A stretch of 63,858 bases of DNA, counting the filler, from Squatina squatina (Eukaryota), in the NCBI GenBank assembly GCA_031763465.1. It is 4 parts of 4 records of this genome, joined end to end, with 100 filler letters (N's around TTAATTAATTAA, not from the genome) between each part and the next. Parts side by side here need not be neighbours in the genome. Positions count along the whole stretch, not along the records: positions 1 to 15,589 come from JARFOE010000192.1; positions 15,690 to 30,407 come from JARFOE010000219.1; 2 more parts are not named here. One strand, 5' to 3'. The translations under genes and the position numbers were made by a program. The notes under the pieces were generated by a model. It was not told where the DNA came from. It saw only the letters and a program-made list of their open reading frames with translations, and ran no database searches. The stretch's first letter is position 1. The number at the start of each line of letters is the position of its first letter. Below are positions 12,250 through 22,567 of this stretch, one piece after another.

Positions 12250-13157
12250 CACCCCAATCAGCTTTCCTCTCTACTAACCCCGGAGGTTGAGTTCAATGCG
12301 GTTGAAGCCGAATGTCTGATTTGCTCTGCGTCTGTGTGTAACCTGTGTGCTAACTGCCGCCAACAACATGCCCCGAGTGTGAATAATATCAAACCACAAG
12401 CCCAGATCGCCGAGCGGACTCGCTCCTGAAAGCCCAGACTGGACCACGGCGGCTGTCATCTGCAGTCCCCACTCTGACATTCTTTGAAGAAGCTGACTCT
12501 GGCGATGAAGGACAAGATTTTTTCGCCACTTTGGCTGTCTCTCCAGGGACCCCGTTCTTCAAATCCCTCTCTGCCTGTGTAAGATTTGTTTTTTGGCGGG
12601 GAGGGGGCATTTCCCTGTTATCTATCCTCGTGTTTCAATGGATTGGACAGGATGTGATGGGCGCTGTCGATGAAAGGAGAGGCTAAGTGCTGAGATCTTT
12701 CCCATATTAACACCCAGACCAACACTCTCTGGATGATCGGCGTTGCTCTGCCAGATCTTTCATACTCGCGTGGTGTAGGTTCCCTCCTTTGAACTGCTGC
12801 CGAAATCCTTCTAAAGGAGGTGAAGAAGGCGATATATATATGTGTATATTTATGTATATTTATATTTTTATATACGTGTGTGTATATATACATAAATATA
12901 GTATACTTATTAAGAGAGGGGGCGCCAATCGCCGTTGAAAGACATTGTTCGGGACCCCTCAATAAGAGAAAGGAATGCACTGAACTCGGCTCAGCTCAGT
13001 TCCTGGACCACATCGCAGTACCTTTAGGACGTGTTACGAGAGCCCATCTCGGGAGAGAGCGAGGTAGATAGCGAGCGAGCGACAGCTCCAATGCCAGCCT
13101 TCTGATCCCACGTCTCCATCGGTCGAGCTGTGTGTGTGTGTGTTTTTTCTCCTACAG
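12250..13157 (+). promoter_or_regulatory. CpG-enriched promoter/5' region of the first GABBR2-like unit
   Basis: Higher CpG and GC density immediately upstream of the ATG-bearing exon, with no TE similarity noticed. Contains an AT-rich simple repeat at about 12830-12905. Confidence 0.5.
12505..12578 (+). CDS. Candidate upstream start exon of GABBR2-like unit A (coding part)
   Basis: ATG at 12505 opens MKDKIFSPLWLSLQGPRSSNPSLP+GT up to a GTAAGA donor at 12579. A phase-2 join to the acceptor at 13158 is in frame with the downstream ATG. The exon could equally be 5' UTR, or the frame match a coincidence. Confidence 0.3.
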
Positions 13158-13158
13158 G

Positions 13159-13479
13159 ATGGATCCAGCCCTCAGGACCTACCGATCTGGGCTATTCGCT
13201 TCGGTCTTTTGGCGTTCTCTGGGCCGGCTTGGGACGCTGTTGTTGCTGTGGGGCTGGGGCTGGGGTCCCGACTCGGCTCTGGGACTCAGGAACACCGCCA
13301 TCAGGCTGGATGCCGACTCCAAGCTGCCCATCATGGGGCTGATGCCCATCAACAAGACGCTGGCGGTGGAGAGCATCTCAGAGGGCATCTTGCCTGCCGT
13401 CCAACTGGCCACAGAACACGTCCACAACAGATTCCTCCCAAACACCAGCAAACTGGTCCTGGAGTGGTACGACTCCGAG
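13159..13479 (+). CDS. GABBR2: GABA-B receptor subunit 2-like N-terminal exon A: signal peptide and start of the Venus flytrap domain
   Basis: Encodes MDPALR...LGTLLLLWGWGWGP...KLPIMGLMPINKTLAVESISEGILPAVQLATEHVHNRFLPNTSKLVLEWYDSE, then donor GTATTT (phase 0). Aligns without gaps to remembered human [53 protein letters not shown], about half identical. Strong acceptor TTTTTTCTCCTACAG ends at 13157. GALNT12 and GABBR2 are neighbours on human 9q22.33. Confidence 0.85.
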
Positions 13480-13866
13480 GTATTTGGCACAGTTCTTTTA
13501 TTTATGAAGCTGTGGTTTTATCGCTACCTTTTTTTTCCCCCCAATCTGTTTACAAATGAACATGTAGAGGATTCCAAATGATTTATAATGTTGCCTTTTT
13601 AATACATATGTACATATTCCTCTTTAATATCTCCACACAATGACACGGTGCCAAGTATTAATTTTGAATTGTGGTATTTTGTACAATGCGCAGTGTATGA
13701 ATGATTTAACCCTTCACTGGGATCAGGAGGGATTTGCTGTGACTGTGTCTTGTGGAGTGATTTCGGGTTTTACATTTATTGACCCAGTTTGTCTGTGGAG
13801 CGTGTGTGAGCATGTGGAAAACACTGATCAACACCTGAGCAATAAATGAGAGCAATGGGAATTAGG

Positions 13867-13890
13867 GTGTGTGTGTGTGTGTGTGTGTGT
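13867..13890 (+). repeat. (GT)12 microsatellite
   Basis: Read directly. Confidence 0.95.
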
Positions 13891-14643
13891 CTTCCCTGTA
13901 ACAAAAATGAACGAGCTCCCGAAGCCATTGCATTAACAGTTAACAGCCGCCCGACAAGTGCTGGGAATCTGTTCCCTGCAGGGTGAACGGTTCCAGCAGT
14001 GAACGGGCAGAGCGATGGAGCAGAGACCTGCTCACTGATCACAAGCCGACAGAGCCAGCCAGCCAGCCGCAAACAGTTAACATTGCAGGTCTCCGCTCTG
14101 CCTCTCCCTCTCTCTCACCAGGAGATGTGGGGCAGAGGTGACAACTTAACACGTTTCATGTGAAAAATATTCATAATCACCTCGAGATCTTGTTGAAATT
14201 GTGCTTTTTTAAAAAAAAAAATGCCTTTAACTGAGGAATCGCATAGGGTAGCTTCATTTCCCAGATTTTCTTTTGTTGGCTTGTTTTTAATTTCCATTTT
14301 TTTGTATTATATGTGTATTTGTTTGTCACNNNNNNNNNNNNNNNNNNNNNNNNNNNNNNNNNNNNNNNNNNNNNNNNNNNNNNNNNNNNNNNNNNNNNNN
14401 NNNNNNNNNNNNNNNNNNNNNNNNNNNNNATGGTGTCACCTGTGAAACTGCACCGAGGAGAGAAAACTGGTCTGTAAAAAGAACTGTCCGTTGATAGTTC
14501 TTATTCAATCAATCACTGTGGTTTGCGCAGACAAAGACAGAATGCATGATTCATGCCGAAATGCTGGGCTGTAATAAAACATTGTATTTTTGTCTGCTTC
14601 AAAGTTTCGATGACTTTCTCATAGCAGAACCTTAGCAGGCATA

Positions 14644-14669
14644 ATGAGAGCCAGAGGGAACATCATGAG
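14644..14669 (+). CDS. Candidate start micro-exon of GABBR2-like unit B (coding part)
   Basis: Two in-frame ATGs (14644, 14665), both with A at -3, give MRARGNIM+AG followed by donor GTCAGT at 14670. A phase-2 join to CAG acceptors at 15114 or 15177 is in frame with exon B, which has no ATG of its own. Confidence 0.45.
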
Positions 14670-15114
14670 GTCAGTACCAGAGGGACTGAAATTCAGATTC
14701 GAGGTATTATATTGAAAATAATGAGGAAGTTTTATACCCAAGAAGCCAAAGCTTATTTAAAAACAAAACAATTCAATCAAAGCTTCCAAGATTTTTTTAC
14801 TACCTATTTAAAATAAAACCCTTAATAATTGCTGTCTATGTAGCAATATCAGATTTAGTTGGAATTGCTTGTAGTGAGATTCAATATTGAAATTAATTTA
14901 AAGGCAAATATATACAATAATATGATTACGATGGGATTGGATTGTGAATGATCAGTGCCTGTTACTGAGAGTGCTATAAGTAGCCCAGAGTACAGATCTC
15001 TTTGGGAGAGATGGGATTTATTGAGCAGGTTTGATGTGCAGATTACAGTAATCTGCAGAGCACAGCTCTTTATCCCTTATGACATTCTGACTGATTCCCC
15101 GAGGGACTAACCAG

Positions 15115-15403
15115 GTCCCTGGAACACGCAGAAAAACGAGGAGCGAACAAACTGCTAAGCAGGGCAATTTGGGACAGGTGGTGTGTGCCGATTCTTGGGG
15201 TCTTCTCTCTGCTTGTTCTCAGAGCCTTGGGAGAGCTGAAGAACATTACGATCTTGGGGCTTTTGCCTGTGACTCACACTTCAGGATCCACCAACTTCAC
15301 AGCAGCAGTTCTACCTGCTATCAATTTAGGGTTGGCCTCTGTAAATAAACATCCATTTATACTTGAGGAATATAATCTCCACGTGGTAATAGAAGATACT
15401 CAG
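15115..15403 (+). CDS. Second, more divergent GABA-B receptor subunit 2-like N-terminal exon B (5' boundary uncertain: 15115 or 15178)
   Basis: Open frame ...WCVPILGVFSLLVLRALG-ELKNITILGLLPVTHTSGSTNFTAAVLPAINLGLASVNKHPFILEEYNLHVVIEDTQ, then donor GTAATG at 15404 (phase 0, same position as exon A). Has a signal-peptide-like core plus the IxGLxP...LPAxxL...DT[EQ] pattern of GABA-B flytrap N-termini. Confidence 0.75.
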
Positions 15404-15589
15404 GTAATGTTTCATTAAGATATATTTTCACGTGGATATGACCTGTGTTAAATATTCACTCAAGTGTTACAAAGCTCTGGTTAACATTGATAAAACTTGC
15501 CGAATTCCACTTGAACAGCTGTTATGTAGCTTCTCTGTTAATTATCTACAAAAGTCTATTTTTCGAAGTCTGATAAATGCATCTTTTGA

Positions 15590-15689
15590 NNNNNNNNNNN
15601 NNNNNNNNNNNNNNNNNNNNNNNNNNNNNNNNNTTAATTAATTAANNNNNNNNNNNNNNNNNNNNNNNNNNNNNNNNNNNNNNNNNNNN
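15590..15689. other. Artificial scaffold spacer N44-TTAATTAATTAA-N44
   Basis: Palindromic 12-mer with stops in all six frames at 15634-15645, centred in Ns. Identical structure at 30408-30507 and 49098-49197. Confidence 0.97.
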
Positions 15690-15919
15690 AATTGGCGTGC
15701 GGAAAGAAATTAAGAAAATCAGCGCTAATCAGGGGCCCTAAAGCGCTGAAATTAGCACGTTTTTTTAAAGCTGCCAGAAATTTTTTTTCTATGTCCCGAA
15801 TTGCAGGGCTTTAAGGGGCAGCCCTGAAATGGGAGCTTAGCACTCAACAATTCGTCCATTAGCGCCAGTAACTCAGGGAGGCCTTGGGAACATTACATAA
15901 AAAAATATATTTTTCTTCA

Positions 15920-16330
15920 TAGTTATGAGAAGAGACTTGAGATATTGGGGCTATTTTCACTGATGAATAAAAGGCTGAAAGGAGATTTAATTGAGGTTTT
16001 TAAAATTATGAAGAGTTTTAATAGACAAAACTATGAAAATACTATTTCTTCTGGTTGGAGAGTAAGACCAAGGGTTTATTAATTTAAAATTATTACCAAG
16101 ATAGTGAGGAGAGAAGTTAGGAGAGATTTATAAAAGGATTGTTGGAGCATAGAATGCTTTGGCACAGTGAACCGTTGAGGTAGAGGTCTTTGCATTTTTG
16201 AAGAGAAAATTAGATTAAATAAGACTTGAAGAAGAGAATCATACAAGGCTATGGAGAGAGTGTGGAATAGTGAGATCAATTTTGGATTGCTCTAAAAAAG
16301 AGCTGCTACAGAAGCGATGGCTGATTTTCT
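15920..16330 (+). mobile_element. CR1-type LINE 3' end
   Basis: RLKGDLIEVFKIMKSF...LFLLVGE-type remnant followed by a typical 3' tail. Confidence 0.8.
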
Positions 16331-16756
16331 TCTATTTTATTGTAACACACACTAATATATCAATCATCTGTCACAAATTTATGTTGTGGTGCTTTCGTTT
16401 TGGAAATGCATTCCTATGATACACAGAACTTTCAGACAATTTATGGAGGAAAAAGGATACTTTCCATAAGATAAATTATGATATAATTGATACTCTGCTT
16501 ACACAGTAAAGAGAATCAACCAAATTGTTGGATCATTGAAATAAGTTAGATTGTATTCAGGAAAAAAATCCTCCTTGTGGTGACTTTAAACATCAGTCTG
16601 GATTCATTCCGTTGACTCCTTCTCACCTCTAATTATATGGTTATCTTGCGATTTTGNNNNNNNNNNNNNNNNNNNNNNNNNNNNNNNNNNNNNNNNNNNN
16701 NNNNNNNNNNNNNNNNNNNNNNNNNNNNNNNNNNNNNNNNNNNNNNNNNNNNNNNN

Positions 16757-17530
16757 GCCTAGTGGCTATACGTGAATGAGTTGTACTGCCTTCTTCTCAG
16801 GTAGAGTGCGGTGGTGACCTCTCTGATGCAACAGTGGGCAGCATAATGAGATACATTAAAAATGCTAGCCATGGCACTTTGAAAAGCCCCATTGGCATAG
16901 AAGTTGAGTGCCACTGTGACTTTTACTGCCAGAGAGAGCAGTGGAAGCCCTGCTCTGGGGCTGGAGGTCAGCCTGCAGGAGTTGGCACATTTCCGTTATC
17001 ACCTCCTTTTTGAAGCACAGTCTACGAAGGCATTGCTCATCGGTCATGTGGAGGTAGCTCAAGCAGCAACTGTACACTCTGTGGGCGTACCTCCTTCGAT
17101 GTCCCCTTGCCCTCCGCCCTCTAGGAGGACGCTGCACTGGTCTGGTCTGTGCCACCAGTGTTGCAGGTGGCTCTGGCATGTCAGGTGGTTTTTGGGCTTG
17201 GTCATGCTCAGGAGCTGCTGCTGCCTCACCCTTAGCCTCATTTGCCTCAGCCCTCCTGGCTCTCTGCTGGTTTCGGAGATGTCTTCTGTGCCTGAGGTAC
17301 CTCCATGTGATGTCGGTGGAATTCCCAATCCACTGCTAGTGCAGCCCCCATGGCCGATATCCAGCGCTGGATGCTGAGTTTCTGGCGTTAGAGGTGCAAC
17401 ACCCATTTAGCGCCAGCGTTAACTTGCCCCAAATTAGCCAGCGCTAAACTTAGCGCCCAAAATCAGTGTTAGGCCGTTAACGCCAGTTTAGTGCTATTTT
17501 ATTGCCAAAGAAAAGTACGAATTTGGTGCC
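16757..17530 (-). mobile_element. PIF/Harbinger transposon end with decayed HARBI1-like transposase N-terminus
   Basis: Minus strand reads RVYSCCLSYLHMTDEQCLRRLCFKKEVITEMCQLLQADLQP, then a frameshift to VAVKVTVALNFYANGAFQ...HCCIREVTTAL. Terminus GGCACCAAATTC at 17530, with repeated TAGCGCC/TAACGCC subterminal motifs. Confidence 0.85.
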
Positions 17531-19699
17531 TTTAATGTTTTAACAAAGTTTGAATTTTGCAGTTTAATGATGAATTATTTTCACTGGAATGTAGCAGAAT
17601 TTGGCAACACTAAAAAAAAATGTTGTTTCTTTTACAAAGCTTTCTTAAATAAGATCAATATTCTGATAGGTTTATATTTTCCCCAGTGAGCTGGGTGGAG
17701 TTTAAAAGTCCTGCAAATTATTTTGCTTTCCTTTTGTTTATGCCAATTGATGTGTTGAAGCAATGTTGAGTGAGTGTTATTTTATAAAAATATACGTCAA
17801 GCATTGAGTCACATGCTGCAACATTTGGATAAAGAATTAAATGCTGATCTTGGTTCCTTCACTCTCTGAGCTGTATAGCAACTTCACAGCAGCGACCCGG
17901 TCATCAATGAATTTTATCTTACAAATGAGAAAACCAAACAATAGGCCTTGCTTGTATTAATTCAGGAGACCTGGTGACTTGTAGGCACATTTCTTCCGAC
18001 AGTATGTCATTCATGGAATTAAACAATACNNNNNNNNNNNNNNNNNNNNNNNNNNNNNNNNNNNNNNNNNNNNNNNNNNNNNNNNNNNNNNNNNNNNNNN
18101 NNNNNNNNNNNNNNNNNNNNNNNNNNNNNTGACCTGCTGAGTTTTTCCAGCTTTTTTTGTTTGTAAGGTAATTCAGTTGTCAGTGACTGGATGCAATGCA
18201 CTGGAAAATGCATATATCAGTAAAGAGTAGTATGTCATTAAGACTGCTGCTAGCCATGAACTATAATTATGTATTGCACTACTTAGGATGCACCATTTGT
18301 CCTTTAATTCCTTCATCATCGCAATCATATATTTAGATTTGTGCAAACTGCACTCTAAGTCAGGATTAACCTGGATTTCTACCTCAATATTTTTATTCCA
18401 AAAATGAAAATAAAATGCCTATTGACTGTGCTTTTGGATCCACTCCTTGCTTCCTGTGTTTATCCCTTTCCCACCTGCTTGGCATCCACTTTACTTTACT
18501 CCTTAAAGCGCTGTGAGACAGATTTCTGTATACTAAAACTGTAAGTTGTTGTTGGTAGTCTGTGAATGAAGTACCTGAACTCCTAAACCATACAACAGGA
18601 ATCTTACCAAGATTCTGAAATTATCAGTACTTCAGAGAGAAAAACACTTAATTGATGCAGTATTAATATCAGAACTATTTATTTTAATAGTATGTGCTCA
18701 AATGGCATCTTGTAAAAATATACATTTGAATAAAATGTGAAGTCTCTGTCTTACTGGTTAATCAGTGTTGATTTTGAATTTTAATGTAGAAAGATTAAAG
18801 TTAAACACATACAAAAACTGCAACTAAATGTAATTTATTTACCACTGAATCATCATTTGATAAAATTAAGCTTTTCAAATTCATAACTATTATGCAGTTT
18901 AGATATTCGTGAATGTCAAAATGATCAGTCAACCTGTCATGTTAAGGAAGACTCTGGCAGAGATTAAGAAATCAAAAACTCCATGGAACACTCCATTCTC
19001 TAAATGACCCTTCAAATAGCAAAACAAAGTCAGGGGAAGGGGAATTCAGGCTGTGGCCAAATTAAATCATCATTTATTTTTTCAGGAAGCTGTCAAATGC
19101 ATGTAAATATATCTATAGTGCCTATTAGTTATGACTTTTTTTAAAGGTTAACTTTATCAAATGATGGTACAGTGTTAAATAAATTTATATTTAATATAAC
19201 TTTCTATGTAATAGATGCTATCGCATGGTGCTGCTCATAATGAGTCAAAGGGTGCACTGGCTATGTAAAGGCAGGAAACTTTTGCCACATACAACATGAA
19301 AAATATTTTTGTCCTGTTAGAGTGGAAGTGGTAAGGATACAAGGGCTAATTGATGTTCAGTGAACATTGGTTAAGTTTAGACACAGGTCAATTAAGACAC
19401 TGCAGACATTATGGCTCTTGTAGCTTATGTTTCTGGAGAATTTTTCTGTGTATTCCAAATGACTGCTTTTGTTTGTTTACACATTTTTTCACGTGCGGCA
19501 CAGAAATGTGTATTACATAGTGTTACACAGGCATCTGAAACAAAATGGACAGGATGTTCAGGCTTATGTAAAGATTTTACAGCATTATACGCATTCTGGN
19601 NNNNNNNNNNNNNNNNNNNNNNNNNNNNNNNNNNNNNNNNNNNNNNNNNNNNNNNNNNNNNNNNNNNNNNNNNNNNNNNNNNNNNNNNNNNNNNNNNNN

Positions 19700-19890
19700 A
19701 AATAGCTTAGGTGCTTTCAAAAGGAATTTAGACGAGTACATGACAGGAAAGGGAATAGAAAGATATGCTGAAAGGCTGAGATAAGGCAGATGGTATCGGA
19801 GGAGACCATCACAGTATAAACTGATGGAGTATAAACACCAGCACAGACTAGTTGGGCCAAATTACCTGTTTCTGTGCTGTATATTCTATG
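19700..19890 (+). mobile_element. CR1-type LINE 3' tail
   Basis: GAFKRNLDEYM-type ORF end followed by a ...GGGCCAAATTACCTGTTTCTGTGCTGTATATTCTATG tail. Confidence 0.7.
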
Positions 19891-19899
19891 TGATTGATG

Positions 19900-20500
19900 A
19901 TGAAGCATTTGCAGGAGGATGGGGTGATAGGAGTGTTGGCAGGGGTTATTGAGGGAGATGAATAGCTGTACTTATCCTTTCTGCTCTTGAGGTCATTGAT
20001 CCTCTTCCTACATTCAACCCAAGTCCTTGGAGTGATGCTCCTGGAACTGATTCTGTCAGCCACCTCTATCCAGTCTTGCTGGATATTAGTCCTAGTATCT
20101 GCCTGCAAGTGCTGGGAGCACTATTTCCCTTCTTGCCCTGACCTCCTCCACCAGGACCTCCATGGAGACATTGGAAAACCTGGGTTCAGAGCTCCAACTC
20201 ATAAGTGGTACCAGAACTATACCCACACTTCCAATGAAACCTCAAAGCAGGGAATGCAACCTTGCTTAAAGAGCGCAACCTTGCTTTAAACAGAGTCAGG
20301 ACTTGCGTTGGAAATTGTGCGCATGACATGGGCGGGCTAACAGAATTGTCACGCGATCGGAAGGCCAGTCTGTCAACCTTATTAAGATGAGTCCCGAGAA
20401 TTAAAATGGGCCGGGTCTGATGCCAAAAATATCATGAGAGCTTGGTGCCTGGGTCAACCTCCCTCTCTCCACATGCACAATCTGCACCCCAAGTTAAACA
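19900..20500 (-). mobile_element. Decayed Harbinger Myb/SANT gene fragment
   Basis: Minus strand reads FSNVSMEVLVEEVRARREIV, then after a frameshift QQDWIEVADRISSRSITPRTWVECRKRINDL. Confidence 0.75.
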
Positions 20501-22040
20501 ACATTTGTGAACTACCAACATTGTGAGAGGTTTAGGAAAAGGTACATTTTAGATGTCTGCATAAGCACGAATATCTCTTGATTGTTTTTCATTGTGGTTC
20601 TGCAGACACGTCACTTTTCAGTAATAAAGGTACTATTGTAACTGTTATTTACGTCTGTCAAGCTACAGATTGCATTGGGGAAATAATTTGTGGATATATA
20701 ATTTGTGGCCATTCATAATGAGCCAAATATGCAGCAACAGAGCCCAAGTTCCTGACCAAAAGTTTGTAATTTAATTTAGCTTTTACAACACAACAGCGGC
20801 TAGGGAACTGCTTGACTGCAAAGATAATTTTACTGTGCAAACAGTCAGTAAAAGTTTAACTAGCCTTTTAGTTTTACTGTAAGTACACAAACTACTCATT
20901 TAAAGGACTTTGATATTGTAATCAATTTCCTACAAGCACTGTGACAAAGTGGTGAAGCTCTGCAAAAATGTAAAATTTGATAAAGAACTAATATTTCTTC
21001 AATGATTATATATGTATTTAATGTTTTAATTATAGTTAGTGGTACAGTACATTTGTAATGGTTCAGAGAAAAGGTCAAATACAGAAAATTAATTAGTTTT
21101 TCAAACAATATTTTTTAATTATGAGTGATCTACAGCCCATGTTTACAGGAGAAGCTCCCAGCTGTCAGGTATTCATTGTCTGTCACAGAAACTCTCACTA
21201 AGCCATGCTGGGCTAAGACAGGATTAGAAATGATGAACCGACATGTTCTGTAAATCTTCTCACTCGTGAACCAGTAAGGTGGACCCTGGTACATTTGATT
21301 GGCAGCGTACTCCACTCGGCCAGCTTGCTCTGCTATTGGCTTATTCAACAGGCCTCTGTGGTTGTATTGAATGTCACCTGCTGTGCCCAGCACGTGCCCA
21401 GCCGTCAATTTCCTCACTCACCCCTTGTTGTGGTGCAGGTGCTCAAGCTGAGAGGGGAGGCAGACCATTCATCTGGGTGGCACGTGCAACATTTAGGGCA
21501 TATGGTACCCTAGTTGTGTGTTGAGAAGGATAACTGACGCCAAGCAGAGTCGTCACTAACTTTACAACAGATGGGAAGAAGCACTGCATTCAATATTCAG
21601 ACAGATGTCCACTCATTCCACCTGTCTTATAACTGGGGCAATGTACAGTCAAAAATGTATGCCTGATAATCAACCAGACAGAGAGCATAATTATAAACAA
21701 CAAAACAGCAAATCTTTAAGATGCATGTAATCACTATATAAAATGTGCTTCTATTGCCATGTCTGATCACAATATATGTGGTATGACTTTACCACAGATA
21801 GAAAAATACCAGATAATAGCCTCTTAAACTGATCAGCTCTATTGTGTAAGCGATTGTTGAGGCAATATAAATGCTATTTTTGAACCACAAAATTCCACAA
21901 GGTGATAGTCCTAACGAAGGAATTAGGATTTTATAAATAAATCAAATTAACGTAGAACAGGATTTTTCTTCGATTAGCAGACCGTTAAACAATTTTTTTC
22001 CACAAGAAAACAAATAGCCATAAAGAAAATATATAATGGA

Positions 22041-22567
22041 GTCACGTTTTTTCTCTAAAGTAACAGCATCCCTTATTAATAAATAAAATAAACAATATAT
22101 TTACTAAAATGAATTGAAAAAAATGCAAGTCATTAGAAAGTAATGAAATCATAATTTGTTTGTTTAAAAGTATTATTTTAAAGTATATTTGTACATTATA
22201 CAGAACTAATAAGATATTTCTTTTCTTTGACTGTTCTAATATACTTTTTAATAGTTGTCTTAACTAGTTGGCTTGTGTGGTCACAATTTTTCCTCTAAAG
22301 TAATAGCATCCCATATTAGTATTAAAATAAACAATATATTAATAAAATTAATTGAAAAAATTCACAGAGATATCTTTTGTACATATTTAAAATCTAAATT
22401 GTCAGCATTTTTAATCAAATTTGACAATAAGTAAGGTTATACAGCTCGAACAATGTAAAACACTGTGATGATTTAGAAACTTAGATCGGCTGGAAGATAT
22501 AATTTTGTAATTTTTTTTCTGATGAGCAACAAAATATAGAATATTGTTACTTTAGCATAAATGTGAC
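22041..22567. repeat. AT-rich element with an ~88-nt imperfect direct repeat and an inverted copy of its first ~25 nt
   Basis: GTCAC...CTCTAAAGTAA(C/T)AGCATCCC...TAAAATAAACAATATATT...AATTGAAAAAA starts at 22041 and 22280. The reverse complement GTCACATTTATGCTAAAGTAACAATAT lies at 22541-22567. Confidence 0.75.

Noticed and set aside
15634-15645. TTAATTAATTAA palindrome as a biological motif (piggyBac TTAA site, homeobox site, CRISPR-like repeat)
   Set aside because: It is always centred in exactly 44+44 Ns, so it is an artificial spacer.
16904-17377. 157-aa plus-strand ORF
   Set aside because: Antisense shadow of the decayed Harbinger transposase.
21130-21524. Overlapping 70-95 aa ORFs on both strands
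   Set aside because: No recognisable motif. Possibly a very old repeat, but I cannot support a family call.
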